Source of the DNA: Scenedesmus sp. PABB004
Lineage: Eukaryota
Length of the DNA stretch: 64,000 nt
Reading direction: 5' to 3'
Assembly: GCA_014905635.1 (NCBI GenBank)
Contig: JABVCE010000028.1
Location: forward strand, 124,001-188,000
The notes under the pieces were generated by a model. It did no database searches. It saw only the letters and a program-made list of their open reading frames with translations, and was not told the origin of the DNA. A program made the position numbers and the translations under genes. Of this stretch, positions 13,701 through 24,563 are shown one piece after another. Position 1 is the stretch's first letter. The number at the start of each line of letters is the position of its first letter.

Positions 13701-15843
13701 CCGGCGCGCGGCGGCGCGTCCTGCGCCGCCTGGCCGCCGCCCTGCTGCTGCGGCGCCGGCGGCGGCTGCCGCTCGCCGCGGCGCTGTGCGTAGCGGTCCC
13801 GCAGCTTCACCAGCAGGCGGCACGCAAACAGCCGCCGCGCCGCCGCGTCGGGCGCGGCCTCCAGCGGCAGCGGCGGCCCGCCGCCCGCGCCGCCGCCGGC
13901 GTCCGGCTGCGCCTGCGGCCCGCTGGGCAGCAGGTGCAGCGGCAGGCAGCGCAGCGCGTCGCCGGGCGCGGCGCAGGCCCAATCGAGCACCAGGCCGACC
14001 GCGGAGGCAAAGCCGGCCTCGGTGTCCGCCGGCAGGAAGCCCTTGAGTGTGGGGCTCAGCACCGCGAGCGCGCTGTTGACGTCGCCCACCAGGCAGCACC
14101 TGCTCAGCTGCGCCACCGCGGCAGGCACGGAGAAGGACAGCAGCCTGGCGGTGGCGTGCGTGCGTGCGGTGGTGGTGGTGGTGGTGGTGGTGGGGGGGGG
14201 GGGGGGGGGGACGTTGGCGCGCGGGGCGGCCACGAAGGCAAGCGGATTCGCGGCTGCGCCGGCGCGCGGCGCCGCACCTGGGGCTGACGGCCGCCGCCAT
14301 GTGGCGTGCCGTGTCGAGCACCGCGCCCAGGCACGCCACCAGCTCGGGCTCCGCGTCCAGCCCGCCCTGGGCGGGCCAGGCGCACGCGCGTGCGCCGCCG
14401 CTGTGTGCGAGCAGCGCGCGCGCCGCAGCCGGCCCGAGCAGCGCGTGGCACAGCTGTGGGAGCGTGTCCAGCGCCACAAAGCTCGCGGGCGCCAGCAGGA
14501 ACAGCTGCCGTAGCAGCTGCACGGCCTCGCGCTGCTGCTGCTGCTGGCGCGGGTCCGCCGCCGGTGCCGCGGGGGCCGCCACGTCTGCCGCCGCCGGCGC
14601 GTCCCCGCCCGGCAGCGCGCCCGACCCCGCAGCTGCAAGGTTGCCGCTGCTGCTCGTGCGCTGCCGCTTGGACGGCTGCTGCCCCAGCAGCTGCGCCGGC
14701 GCCGCCTCCAGGCCCTCCAGGTGCGCCAGCAGGCAGCGCGCCAGCCGCAGCGCCAGGCTGTGGCAGCCCCCGATGCCCTGCGCGGGGCGGGGCGCAGCGG
14801 CGGGGAGGCGTGTGAGCGGCGCCCCACGCGCGACCCGGCCGCCGGGCAGGCAGCGCAGCGCCACGCTCGGCGCCCGCCGCACATTGAGCCCAGCCTTGGC
14901 CAGCAGCAGCGCCCCCTCGCGCAGCTCCTCCACGGCGCTGCCAGTGCCGCCCAGCTGCCGCTCCGCCCACGCCACCAGCCGCTCCAGCTCAAGCAGGCCG
15001 CCCTCGCAGCACCACGCCGCGAGGCGCAGTGCCGCCTGCCACGCCTGCACCGCGCCCGCCGCCGCCGCGTCTGCGCTCGCAGCGCGCGCCGCGGCGGCCG
15101 ACGCGCCGTCGCTCGCGGCCGTGGCGGCCGCCACGGCTGCGGGCGTGGGCTCGACGTCCAGCGAGGCGGCCACCGCGGCAGCGGCAGCGGCGGCCGTTGC
15201 CGCTGCGGCGGCAGCGGCCGCCGCGGTCGCCGCCGCGCCCCGCGCCGCTGCGGCTGCGGCAGCATAGCGCTCCAGCTGCTGCAGCACCGTCTGCGTCCAG
15301 TGCTGCAACCGCGCCTGCTGCAGCGCGCCGCCCTCGCCGCCGGCTGTCGCCGCGGACCGCGCGGGGCCGGCGCCACCGGCGGCGCCTGCTGCGCCACCCG
15401 CCGCGCCGCCCGCCGCCGCCGGCGCCGCGCCGCCGGCGCTGCCCGCCGCTGCCGCGCCGCTGCCGCCCGGCGCCGCGGCGGCCGCCGCGGGGCTGGGCGG
15501 CTTGAGCCAATACACGGCCTGCACCAGCCACGCCGCGCGCGGCAGCGGCACGTGGTAGCGCACGAGCAGCTCAAACAGGCCCTCCCTGCGACGCGGCAGC
15601 GGCGGCGGCGGCCGCTGCTAGCTGAGCCGCGCGCGGGCCGGGCGGGGGCGCTGCGCGCGGGCGCGGGCGCCGCCTCACCGCTCGATGCTGTCCGGCACGC
15701 GGCCGGCGAGGTCCGCGAGCGGGCAAGTGCTCGCGAGGTCGAGCAGCCAGCCCGCGCGCTCCTGCTCCGACGCCGCGCACAGCCGCGGCGGGGGCGCCGC
15801 GGCGCCGCCGCGCCCCGCGTCGTCGCGCGGCGGCGCCGCTGCC

Positions 15844-15879
<36 letters not shown>

Positions 15880-16353
15880 GCGCGCGCGGCCTCGCGCTGC
15901 CGGAACACCGCGCAGAGGCGGGCGTGCACGCACTGGCGGAGCATGTCGACGTTGTGCCGCTCCCAGAACGCCTCATCGTGGCCCGTGAGCGAGAGCAGCG
16001 CCTCGTTGGCCTCGCTGATCTTCAGGGCCTCCGGCAGCCACGTGTAGCCGCTGCCCAGGCTCGCCGCGTCAACCCTGTCCTCGGGGCAGCTCCCCTGCGC
16101 GCGCCGGCAAGGGAGAGGAGCGCGTCGGCGGCGCGGGCGGCGCGGGCGGCGCGGGCGGCGCGGCAGCGTGCGCGGCGGCGCGGGGCAGTCCCCTCCCTCT
16201 CCCCGTCAGAGCCCGCACCGGGACCAGAGGGAAGAAGTCGGGCGGCCCCAGCCCCGCCGCGAGCGGCGGGCGGTCGGTGACGAGGCGGAACGGCACGAGC
16301 GCCGCCCCCGCCCCGCCCGCCCCCGCCGCCTCGCCGCCCGCCGGCTGCTGCAT
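7796..16353 (-). CDS. MED12: Mediator complex subunit 12-like protein (multi-exon)
   Basis: N-terminal LGPPDFFPLVP/GSCPED, then the Med12-domain pattern ERAGWLLDLASTCPLADLAGRVPDSIER/EGLFELLVRYHVPLPRAAWLVQAVY. C-terminal VSVWLRLRLLLPLLPTVRADRE resembles plant MED12. The middle is long and Ala/Gly-rich; internal exon boundaries are only partly resolved. Confidence 0.8.
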
Positions 16354-16914
16354 CGCGGGCGCGCCGGCTCAGCATGCCCGGCGGGGGCGCGGGGCGGCGC
16401 CGCTGGCCCGCGACGCGGCGGCCATGCCGCGGCGAGCGCGGCAGCGCGCCGGCGCCGCTGCTGCCGCGCCGCCCTCCGCCAGCGCGGCGCCCGCAGCCGG
16501 CCCTGCGCGGCGGGTGCGAGGCCGCGAGCGCCGGGACCCGGCCCAGGCCAAGCGCCGGGGCAGCGGGGTGGCCCGGTGCGGCGGCAGCGGTTGCGTGAGA
16601 GCTGCGCGTGCGGCGGCAGCTGCTCGGTGAGATCGGGCGCGCGTCTGCTCGCCGGCGCGGCCGATCGGTGTGGCCTGGCGGTTCGGCGCGCTGGAGCAGT
16701 GACCAGGGCACAGCGGCGGCGGCCGCGCAGCTTCGTCTGCCGCGAGCACTTTCACCGCCGGTGAAGGAAGACGCGCTGTCGCTCCCATTCACCCACTCCC
16801 GCCTTCAGCACTCCCGCCGCGCCTCCCAGCTCGCCCGCATCACGCACGCAGCCGCAAGCAGCAGCGCCCCCCGCTCCGGCACCGCCGACGCCGCTGCTGC
16901 CGCCGCGCCGCGCG

Positions 16915-18157
16915 ATGTCGGACGACTTCAAGGCCGCCTTCCGGGCTGCCCAGGCGCAACGAGGCCTGGCGGCCAAGCCGGTGCGGGCACCGGGGCGGCC
17001 GGCGGGGACGCGCAGGAGAGGGCGGGCGCCGCTGCTCCGCCACCGCCCCACGCCGCCGCCTGCCGCCGCCTCCTGCCGCCGCCGCAGACGAAGCAGCAGC
17101 TCAAGGCGCTCAAGGCTCAGCGGGTGTGCAGCGGCCGCCGGCCGGGCGCGGCTGCAGCCCGCGCGGCGCCGCGGCGGCCGCTCACGCCGGCGCCCGCGCC
17201 GCACGCCGCACCAGGCCGCACCCGCCAAGGCACCAGCGCCGGCAGCGGCGGCCGGCCCGCCGGCAGCGGCGGCAGCAGCGGCGCCGGCAGGCGGCGGCCT
17301 GCCGGCCGACTTTTTCGATGCGAGCAAGGGCAGCGGCGGCGCGCAGCAGCCGGCGGCGGCGCGGCAGCAGCACGCGGGCGGCGGGGCGGCAGCGCCGCCG
17401 CGGCAGCAGCTAGCGGGCGCCAAGCGCGCGGCGGACGGCGCGCCGGGTGGCGGCGACGCGCCGCCGGACGCGGCCGTGCCGAAGGGCTTCTTTGACGACA
17501 GGGCGGCGGACAAGAAGGCGCGGGGCATCAAGGAGTGCGTGGCGGGGCATGGGGCACGCGCGGAGAGCCAGCGCGCCCGCCGGCTGCGGCGCACGGCGGC
17601 GGCGCGCGGCTGACCGCGGCGCGCGGCTGACCGCGGCGCGCGGCTGACCGCGGCGCGCGGCTGACCGCGGCGCGCGGCGCGCGCAGGCCCACGGCGGCCG
17701 ACAAGGAGGCGGCGTTTGCTGCCTTTGCCGCCGCCGTGGACGATGAGCTGAAGCAGCAGGCGGCGGAGGAGGACGACGACGCGCTCGAGGCGGCGGCGGA
17801 GCGCGAGGCACGCGAGGCGTACAAGCAGCAGTGCGTGGCCGCGCGCGCGGGGCGGCGCGCCGCGCGCCGCGCGCGCGGCCCCCCGAGCGCCGCCGCGCCG
17901 CCTCCGCGCCCGCCCGCGCCCGCCGCAGGCTGCGCACGCAGCGCGCCGCGGAGCTCAAGGCGCTGCGCGCCAACCCGGCGGCCGCGGCGTCGCTGCAGGT
18001 CGACGAGGCCGTCGCGGCGGCGGTGCCGGCGGCGCCGCGGCGGCGGCGCGTCGTGGACGTGCTGCAGGAGGTGCTGGGGTCGAGCAGCGACGACGACGGC
18101 GAGGGCGGCAGCGGCGACGACGACGCCATGTTCGACTGGCGCGCCAAGGCGGTGTGA
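16915..18157 (+). CDS. ZNF830/CCDC16-like coiled-coil nuclear protein (5 exons)
   Basis: Motifs LPADFFD and VPKGFFDDRAADKKARGIKE, and C-terminal DDDAMFDWRAKAV*, typical of the ZNF830 family. Introns 16981-17087, 17124-17214, 17536-17686 and 17831-17928. Confidence 0.7.
17610..17677 (+). repeat. 4 x 17-bp tandem repeat (CTGACCGCGGCGCGCGG) inside an intron
   Basis: Units start at 17610, 17627, 17644 and 17661, just upstream of the cgcag acceptor at 17686. Confidence 0.9.
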
Positions 18158-18412
18158 GGAGCTCTGAACCGCCAACCACGCACGACCGCCGCCGCCGCGT
18201 GCTGGCGCTCCAGCGACCCTGGTCAACTGACCCTGCACGCCTGCAAGTGCCGCGCACCAAGCCCGCTCGCGGCTCCTTCAAACGCCCAGCGACAGCTGGC
18301 CCCGCCAAGGCCGCAGGGCGCCCAGCCGCCCGCCTGCCCCGTCCGTGGGTCCAGCTCGGCTGCGCTCCCACGCCCAGCCCGCCGCCTGCCGTCCCCGGGC
18401 GCCGCCGCGGCA

Positions 18413-20498
18413 ATGGCGCGTCGCGGGGGCGTCGCGCTGCTGCTGCTCGCGCGCCGCGGCGCGCTGCTGGCGCTGTGCCTGGCGCTCCCGGCAGCCCGCG
18501 GCAGCGCCCGCGCCCTCGAGCGGGACAGCGCCCTCGCGCGGCAGCACCGCATGCATCAGCCGGCAGCGGCGGCTAGGCGCGGCGGCATGCCCGCGCCCGC
18601 GGTGATGCCGCTCAACTCCACCAGGCCGCAGCCGGGTGCGTGCGGGCTGCGGCGGGGTGCGTGCGGGCTGCGGCGCGCGCCTCGCGACCGCCGCGCTCGC
18701 GCGCCGCGGCCGCCGCGCGCAGGCGCCGCCGCGCTGCCGCGCTTTGCCACCGAGCTCGGCGCGACGATCAACGGCTCCGGTTGGGCTGCCGGCGCGTGCG
18801 GTCCGCGGCCGACCGCGCTCGGATACGAGTGCAGCTGGGCGGGCGGCGGCGTGGTCGTCCACTGGTCGACGCGCTCGTCGCACCCTCCCATCAACCGCTG
18901 CACCGCCAGCGCGGCCGCCCTGCCGACGGCCGAGGCCGCAGCGCTCTGGGGCGGCGGCGCAGCGCTGCACTTTGCGTTGCAGGCGCCGACCAAGCGCGAG
19001 CTGGGCCTCGCGTTCGTCGACGGCTCTGGCCGCCTCTTCCCGTCGGAGGGCGTGCACGGCGCGCCGCCCGAGGTGCGCGCCGGCGCGCGCGCGCGCGCGT
19101 GCTTGCAGGACGGGGCCTGCACCACGACCCGCCGCCGTCCGCAGGTGAGCGTGCTGTTCCACGCCGCGCCCGGCCACGCCACGCGCACCGGCGGCCGCAA
19201 GCCGGGCAACGCGAGCGAGGCGGAGGGCTGGGCCGCGTGGGTGGCGGCGCACCAGGACGCCATGACCAGCGTGCTCTGCTTCAGCCGGCGCGCGCACAGC
19301 CCGGGCATGCGCGTCGGCGCCGACGCCACGCGCGGCGCGATGCTCAGCTACTCCGTGGGCGGCCGCGCGGCTGGCATGGTGGCCGTGGACCTCCGCGCCG
19401 GCACCGCGCGCAGGGTCACGGCGCCGCCGGCGCTAGCGTCGGTGCACGCCGCGCTCATGGTGGTGTGCTTTGCGCTAGCCCTGCCCGCGGGCGTGCTCGC
19501 CGCGCGCCACGCTTGGCTGTTTGTGGACGTCGACGGCGGCGGCGGCGTGAGCCCCGCGTGGCGGGTCGCCCAGGCGCTGCTGCTCGCGGCGGGCGCGGGC
19601 GCGGGCCTGTCCGGCCTGATCGTCGCGGTCATCGCCTTTGGCGGCGGCGGCAGCGGCGGCGCGCTGCCGCGCGCGCACCAGGTGCTGGGCATCATCTGCG
19701 TCGGTGAGCGAGCGGGGCGCCGTCAGCCGCGGTCAGCCGCCGCGGTCAGCCGCAGGCTGCGCGCAGCCGGCGTCGCGCGCTGCTCGCCACGCCCCGCGCG
19801 CCCGCCGCCGCAGGCATGTCCCTGGCGCTCGCGGCGCAGGCTGTGCTGCAGCCGCTCGTGCGCCGGCCGCGGCGCCGCGGCGCTGGAGCCGCGGGACTGC
19901 TCGCGCCGCAGGCGATGGGCCTGGCCACCCTGGCGGCGGGCTGGGCGACGCTCTTCCTGGGCTGTGCGGTGCTGCACCGCGTCTGGGTGCGCTGCGCGAG
20001 GGCGCGGCGCGCGGCCGCGCGTGGCACGTGGCGCACAGCGCCGAGCCCCGCCCCGCGCCCCGCCGCCGCGCGCAGGGCGCGCGCGCCTGGACGGCGCCCT
20101 GCGCGGCGCTCTGCGCGCTCGTGGCTGCCGCCGGCGTGCTCCTGGAGCTGCGCCTCGCGGCCCTGACGCGGTCCGGGCTCTGGAACCCCCGCTCGGCGAC
20201 GGTGGCGCACCTGGCGCCGCTGCCGACGGCGGGCGGCGCCAAGGCGCGCGACCCGCCGCCCCCCTCGGCGTACGGCGTCGGCGCCCTGGCCGCAGCTGCA
20301 GGCGGGCACGGCCCGCTGGCGGCGCTGCTGCTCGGCGGCGAGCGCGGCACGAGCGGTGGCGGCGGCAGCCCCGGCAGCGCGGGCAGCCTGAGCCTGCGCC
20401 GCGCGCGGGCGTCGTCGTCGAGCGCGGCGTCCAGCTGGGGCGGCGCCGCCATCACGACCGGCTTCCCCGCCGGCGGCGCGGCGCGCCCCGCCGTGTGA
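18413..20498 (+). CDS. DOMON-like + cytochrome b561-like membrane protein, degenerate
   Basis: Signal peptide, then a DOMON-like segment VVVHWS...LHFALQAPTKRELGLAFVDGSGRLFPSE. b561-like TM helices: VHAALMVVCFALALPAGVLAARH, WRVAQALL, AHQVLGIICVG, QAMGLATLAAGWATLFLG. Confidence 0.7.
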
Positions 20499-21010
20499 GA
20501 GGGTCGAGCGGGCAGGAGGGGGGGGGGGCTGGCACCGGCGCGCCGGTCCCGCCCGCGCGGGCGGGACCGCGAGCAGGAGGAGCAATAAGGTGCGCGGGTG
20601 TGGTGTGGTGTGCTTTCAATAATCATGACCAGAGATTTCCCTTCGAGCACCATTTTCCTATGCCTGGGCGGGCGCCGGCGCCACGCTTTAGCCGCCCAGC
20701 GAAATTTCGCTCGGCGCGGCGCCGCCGCCAGGGCTTTAGCCGGTGCGCCCTGCGCGGTGCTCGTAGCGCCCCCGGCGCACGTCCGAGAACCTGTGGACGC
20801 AACCGGCTGCCCGGACGTTCGCTGCCGCTCTCGGTGCATTCACGGCGGCCCGCAAGCAGCAGCGGCGCTCTCGCCGCTCTCGCCGGCGCGCAGCGGCCCG
20901 AATTCTGCTTGCCGGCAGTCGCGTTCCACCGCAGATCTCACACTCGCGCAGCGCAGGCTGCCGCTCGTTGTCCACGCGGCGCCCACGCGCGTGTCGGCGC
21001 TCGTCTCGAG

Positions 21011-22469
21011 ATGATGCGGCCGCTCGCGCCGCGCGGCCCCGGCCGCAGTTCGCAGCAGGCGTACCGGACGCCGAGCAGCTCGTGCGACACGCGCCGACCA
21101 TGGCGCGCCAGCGGCGGCCGCAACAGCCGCGGCGCGGCGCGCGCCGGCAGCAGCGCTGCTGCCGGCGGCGACGGCCCCGCCCCAGCGGGCGCTGGCAGCC
21201 CGGTCGTGGTGCGCGTTGACGGACTCGTGGTGGATCCGGCCTTTCGGTCGACGCCATGGCACGCGGAGCAGCAGCTGCAGGCGCAGCAGCAGGACGGCGC
21301 CGGGCGCAAGGTGCGGCCTGGCGTGGGCGGCGCCGGCGCGCCGCCGGGCGGTGGCCGCCCTGGCAAGCCTGCAGCGCGCCGGCGGCCGGCCGCCGCCGAC
21401 GCCCACCGCCGCCGTCGCAGGCGCTCATCATGTTTGTGAGTGAGAGCGGCATCGCGCGCGCGCCGCTCGCGGCCGCCCTGTTTGCAAAGCAGCTCGCGGC
21501 CAGCCCCCTTGCGGGCTGGGTCGACGCGGCGCCGCGGGTGCGCGCGCCGCGCGCCGCGCCGCGCCCCCGCGCCGCGGCGCCCGCCGCGCCGCCCGCCGCG
21601 CCGCCCGCCGCGCCCTGCAGCAGACGGCCCACGCCGCCGCCGCCCCCGGCCGGCCGCAGGCCACGCGCGACTACTGCCTCGGCCAGCCGCCGCACCCCGC
21701 CGCCGTGGCGGCCGCCGCGGCGCTGGGCACGCCACTGGACAGCACGGCCGGCGCCGGCGGCGCACTGCGCTTTGAGCCGGCGGCCGACATCGTGGCCGCC
21801 GACCTGGTGCTGGTGTTTGACAAGTACACGGCGGCCGACGTGCTGCGCGAGGCGCGGCGCACGCGGCGCGCGGGGACCAGGCACGTGCCAAGCCGGCCGC
21901 GCCGCCGCGCCCCCGCCGCGACGTCCCCGCCCGGCTCGCCCGGCGTGCGCAGGTGTCGTCGTACGACCTCATCAACCCAGGCGGCCACTACAGCGCCCGC
22001 GTGCGCCTCCTGGGCAGCTTCCACCCGCGCCTCGCCACCAAGGCGGGCCAGGCCGACGCGCAGGCGCGCGCGCGCCGCGCCGCCGCGCCGCCGCGTGGCG
22101 GCCCGCGCGCCGCCGCGCCGGCGCGCGCGTCGCGACAACGCGCCCCGCTGGCGCCCGTCGCAGGACCTGGACGACGCCCTGTACGGCAACGTGGGCGGGC
22201 AGGCGGAGGCCGACGCGGTGCTCGCGTGCGCGGGGCTGGTCGCGGAGGCGACCGCGGGGCTGGTCGGCCAGCTCGAGGCGCTCGCGGCGGCCGAGGGCCT
22301 GCTGCCGGCGGGCGGCGGCGGCGGCGCAGCTGGCGGGGGCGACGATGTCGGCGCGGCGGCGCGGCTGCGCGAAGCGCTCGTGTTGCGCGTGCGCTCGGAG
22401 GGCGTGATCAGCTGGCTGGTGCCCCCGATGCTGCAGGGCAGCACCACCGACCTGGGCGGCTGGGTGTGA
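21011..22469 (+). CDS. Low-molecular-weight phosphotyrosine phosphatase-like protein, probably organelle-targeted and catalytically inactive
   Basis: R/S-rich transit-like N-terminus; P-loop position IMFVSESGIARAPLAAALF; ADLVLVFDK; RVRLLGSF; DLDDALYG. Introns 21311-21420, 21538-21659, 21852-21952 (GC) and 22064-22163 (GC). Confidence 0.75.
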
Positions 22470-22572
22470 GCGCCGGCCCGTGCACACGGCGCGGGGCGCA
22501 GGCGTGTGGCTGCTTTTGCAACACGCCCCTCGCCACACATCCAAGCCCACCGCGGCCCCCGCCCTGCCGCGC

Positions 22573-24076
22573 TCACGACGCGGTCGCGGCCGCCGCCGCC
22601 TGGCCCGCCGCCGCCGCCTGGCCCGCGTGCGGGGGCGGCGAGGCGACGATGAGGTAGGTGGTGCCAAAGTGCCAGCGGCTGCACGACTCCACGACCAGCC
22701 CCGCCGCCTCCACAGCGCCCAGGATGTCCCGGTTGTACCAGCAGCCTGCCAAGGGGCGGCGGGCGGGCGGGTGGTGGGGGCAGGGGCGGCGGGGCGCGGC
22801 CTGGGGCGGACGCGCAGCGCAGCGCGGCGCGGCGCGGCGGGCGCGGCGCGGCGCAGCGGGCACGCCAGGCGCCGCACCGTACGTGGCGTGATGGCGGTCC
22901 GCGGTGGCGTCGATGTAGTCATTCAGCCACCCCCACGTGCCGCGGCCATGCTCGAGCAGCAGCAGCTTGCCGCCGGGGCGCACCAGCGCCGCCGCCTGGC
23001 GCAGCACCTGCGGCGGCCGGCGCGGGCGGCGCGGGGTCGGGCGGCGCGCGCGCGCGCGGCGGCGGCAGCGCCCGCCACGCGCTCCCGCCGGCCGCGCTGC
23101 CGCCGCGCCGGCACAGCACCGTCACGGGGTCGTCGCAGGAGCAGAGGCCAAAGCTGTCGACCACGGCGTCAAAGCTCCCCGGCGCAAAGGTGCTGCCCCG
23201 CGCCCCGCCGCCGCTGCCGCCGCCGCCGACGCAGCCGCACGGCCCTGCCAGCCGCGCCTGGGCCGGGCTCGGCGGCGCCCCGCTTCCGCCGGCGGCGGCG
23301 CCGCCGCTTGACCGCTGCTGCGGTTCCTGCTGCCGCTGCTGCTGCTGCAGCTCCTGCTGCTGCTGCTGCTGCGGCTCCTGCTGATGTGGCTCCTGCTGCT
23401 GCTGCGGCTTCCTGAGCCGCCACACGCTGCCCGGCGCTGCGGCGGGCCGCTCCGGCGGCGCGGCGCCGCGCCGCGGCTGCACCACCGCCTCGCCCGCGCC
23501 GCGCGGCAGCGGCACCGCGGTCGGCGGCTCGCCCGCGCGGGGCAGCAGCGCCTGCGCGTCTGCCAGCAGGAAGCGCACGCCCACGTCGGGCTGCTTGAAC
23601 TGCAACTGCAGCTCGTCAAAGTACTTTGACCGCGCCACGGCCAGCATCGGCGCGCTCACGTCGGTCAGCGTCACCGACGTCAGCGAGCCCCAGGGCAGGT
23701 GCTGCAAGTTGCGACCGGTGCCGGCCGAGATCTCCAGCACGTCGCCCTGTGTGGCGCGCCGGGCGGCGGGCGGTGCGGGTGCGGGTGCGGGTGCGGTCGT
23801 CGCTGCGCGCTGCGCGCCCGCCGCGCAGCAGCCACCAGCGCCGCGTACCCGCGCGCCGCGCAGCAGCCACCAGCGAAGCGCGCCGCAAAACATGGCCGCC
23901 TCCTCGGCGCCGATGATGGCATCGTACGCGCCCGCCAGCCGGTCGAACGCGCAGCCGCCCGGCGGCGCCGGCTCGCCCGCGCCGCGCAGCGCCGTGCGCG
24001 GCGCCGCCCACGCGTAGCCCCCCGCCACGCTCGCGGCGAACGCCGCGCCGCCCAGCGCGAGGTGCTGCAGCCGCAT
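22573..24076 (-). CDS. OMS1: OMS1-like SAM-dependent methyltransferase (probably mitochondrial)
   Basis: AFDRLAGAYDAIIGAEE, GDVLEISAGTGRNL, FDAVVDSFGLCSCDDPV, PGGKLLLLEHGRG, HHATYG/CWYNRDI, SRWHFGTTY. Confidence 0.8.
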
Positions 24077-24563
24077 GGCGGCCCGCAGCGGGGTCGGGCA
24101 GCAGCAGCGGGCGGCGGGAGCGGCAGCAGCGCCAGCAGCGGCAGGCGGCGGCGGAGACGTGGCGCGTGGGGCGGGCCACAACAACACCAGGATCACGCGG
24201 CCGTGTCTTTTCAGGGCCCGCCAGCCGAGGCGAAAGTGACAGCGGCGGTTGGGGCTCGCTGATCATCGCGCCGCCGCGGCGGTGCGGTGAGCGCCTGGGC
24301 GCCTGCGTGCCCCATTCGGTCTCGTGCATCGACGCCCGGCGCGCTCCCAACATCTCCCAGGCCCCAGCCCACGCCCGTGCACCCCGGGCCGCCCGTGCCG
24401 CTGCTGCCGGCGCTGCTCCGCCCGCCGCTGGCAGCAGCGCTGCCGCTCGCGCGTGCCAGGGTGCCCTGAGAAGCAGCAGCAGCAGCAGCACCAGTAGCAG
24501 CAGTAGCAGCGGCCTGACCGGCCGCGCCGGCGCGCCGCGGCGCGCGCCGGCGGCGGCGGCGCC

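Noticed and set aside
17610..17677. CRISPR-like array
   Set aside because: The repeats are directly adjacent with no unique spacers, lie in an intron, and there are no cas genes.
23200..23540. Poly-Q/Ala insertion inside the OMS1 methyltransferase domain
   Set aside because: Low-complexity in-frame insertions are ubiquitous in the proteins of this window and carry no specific signal.
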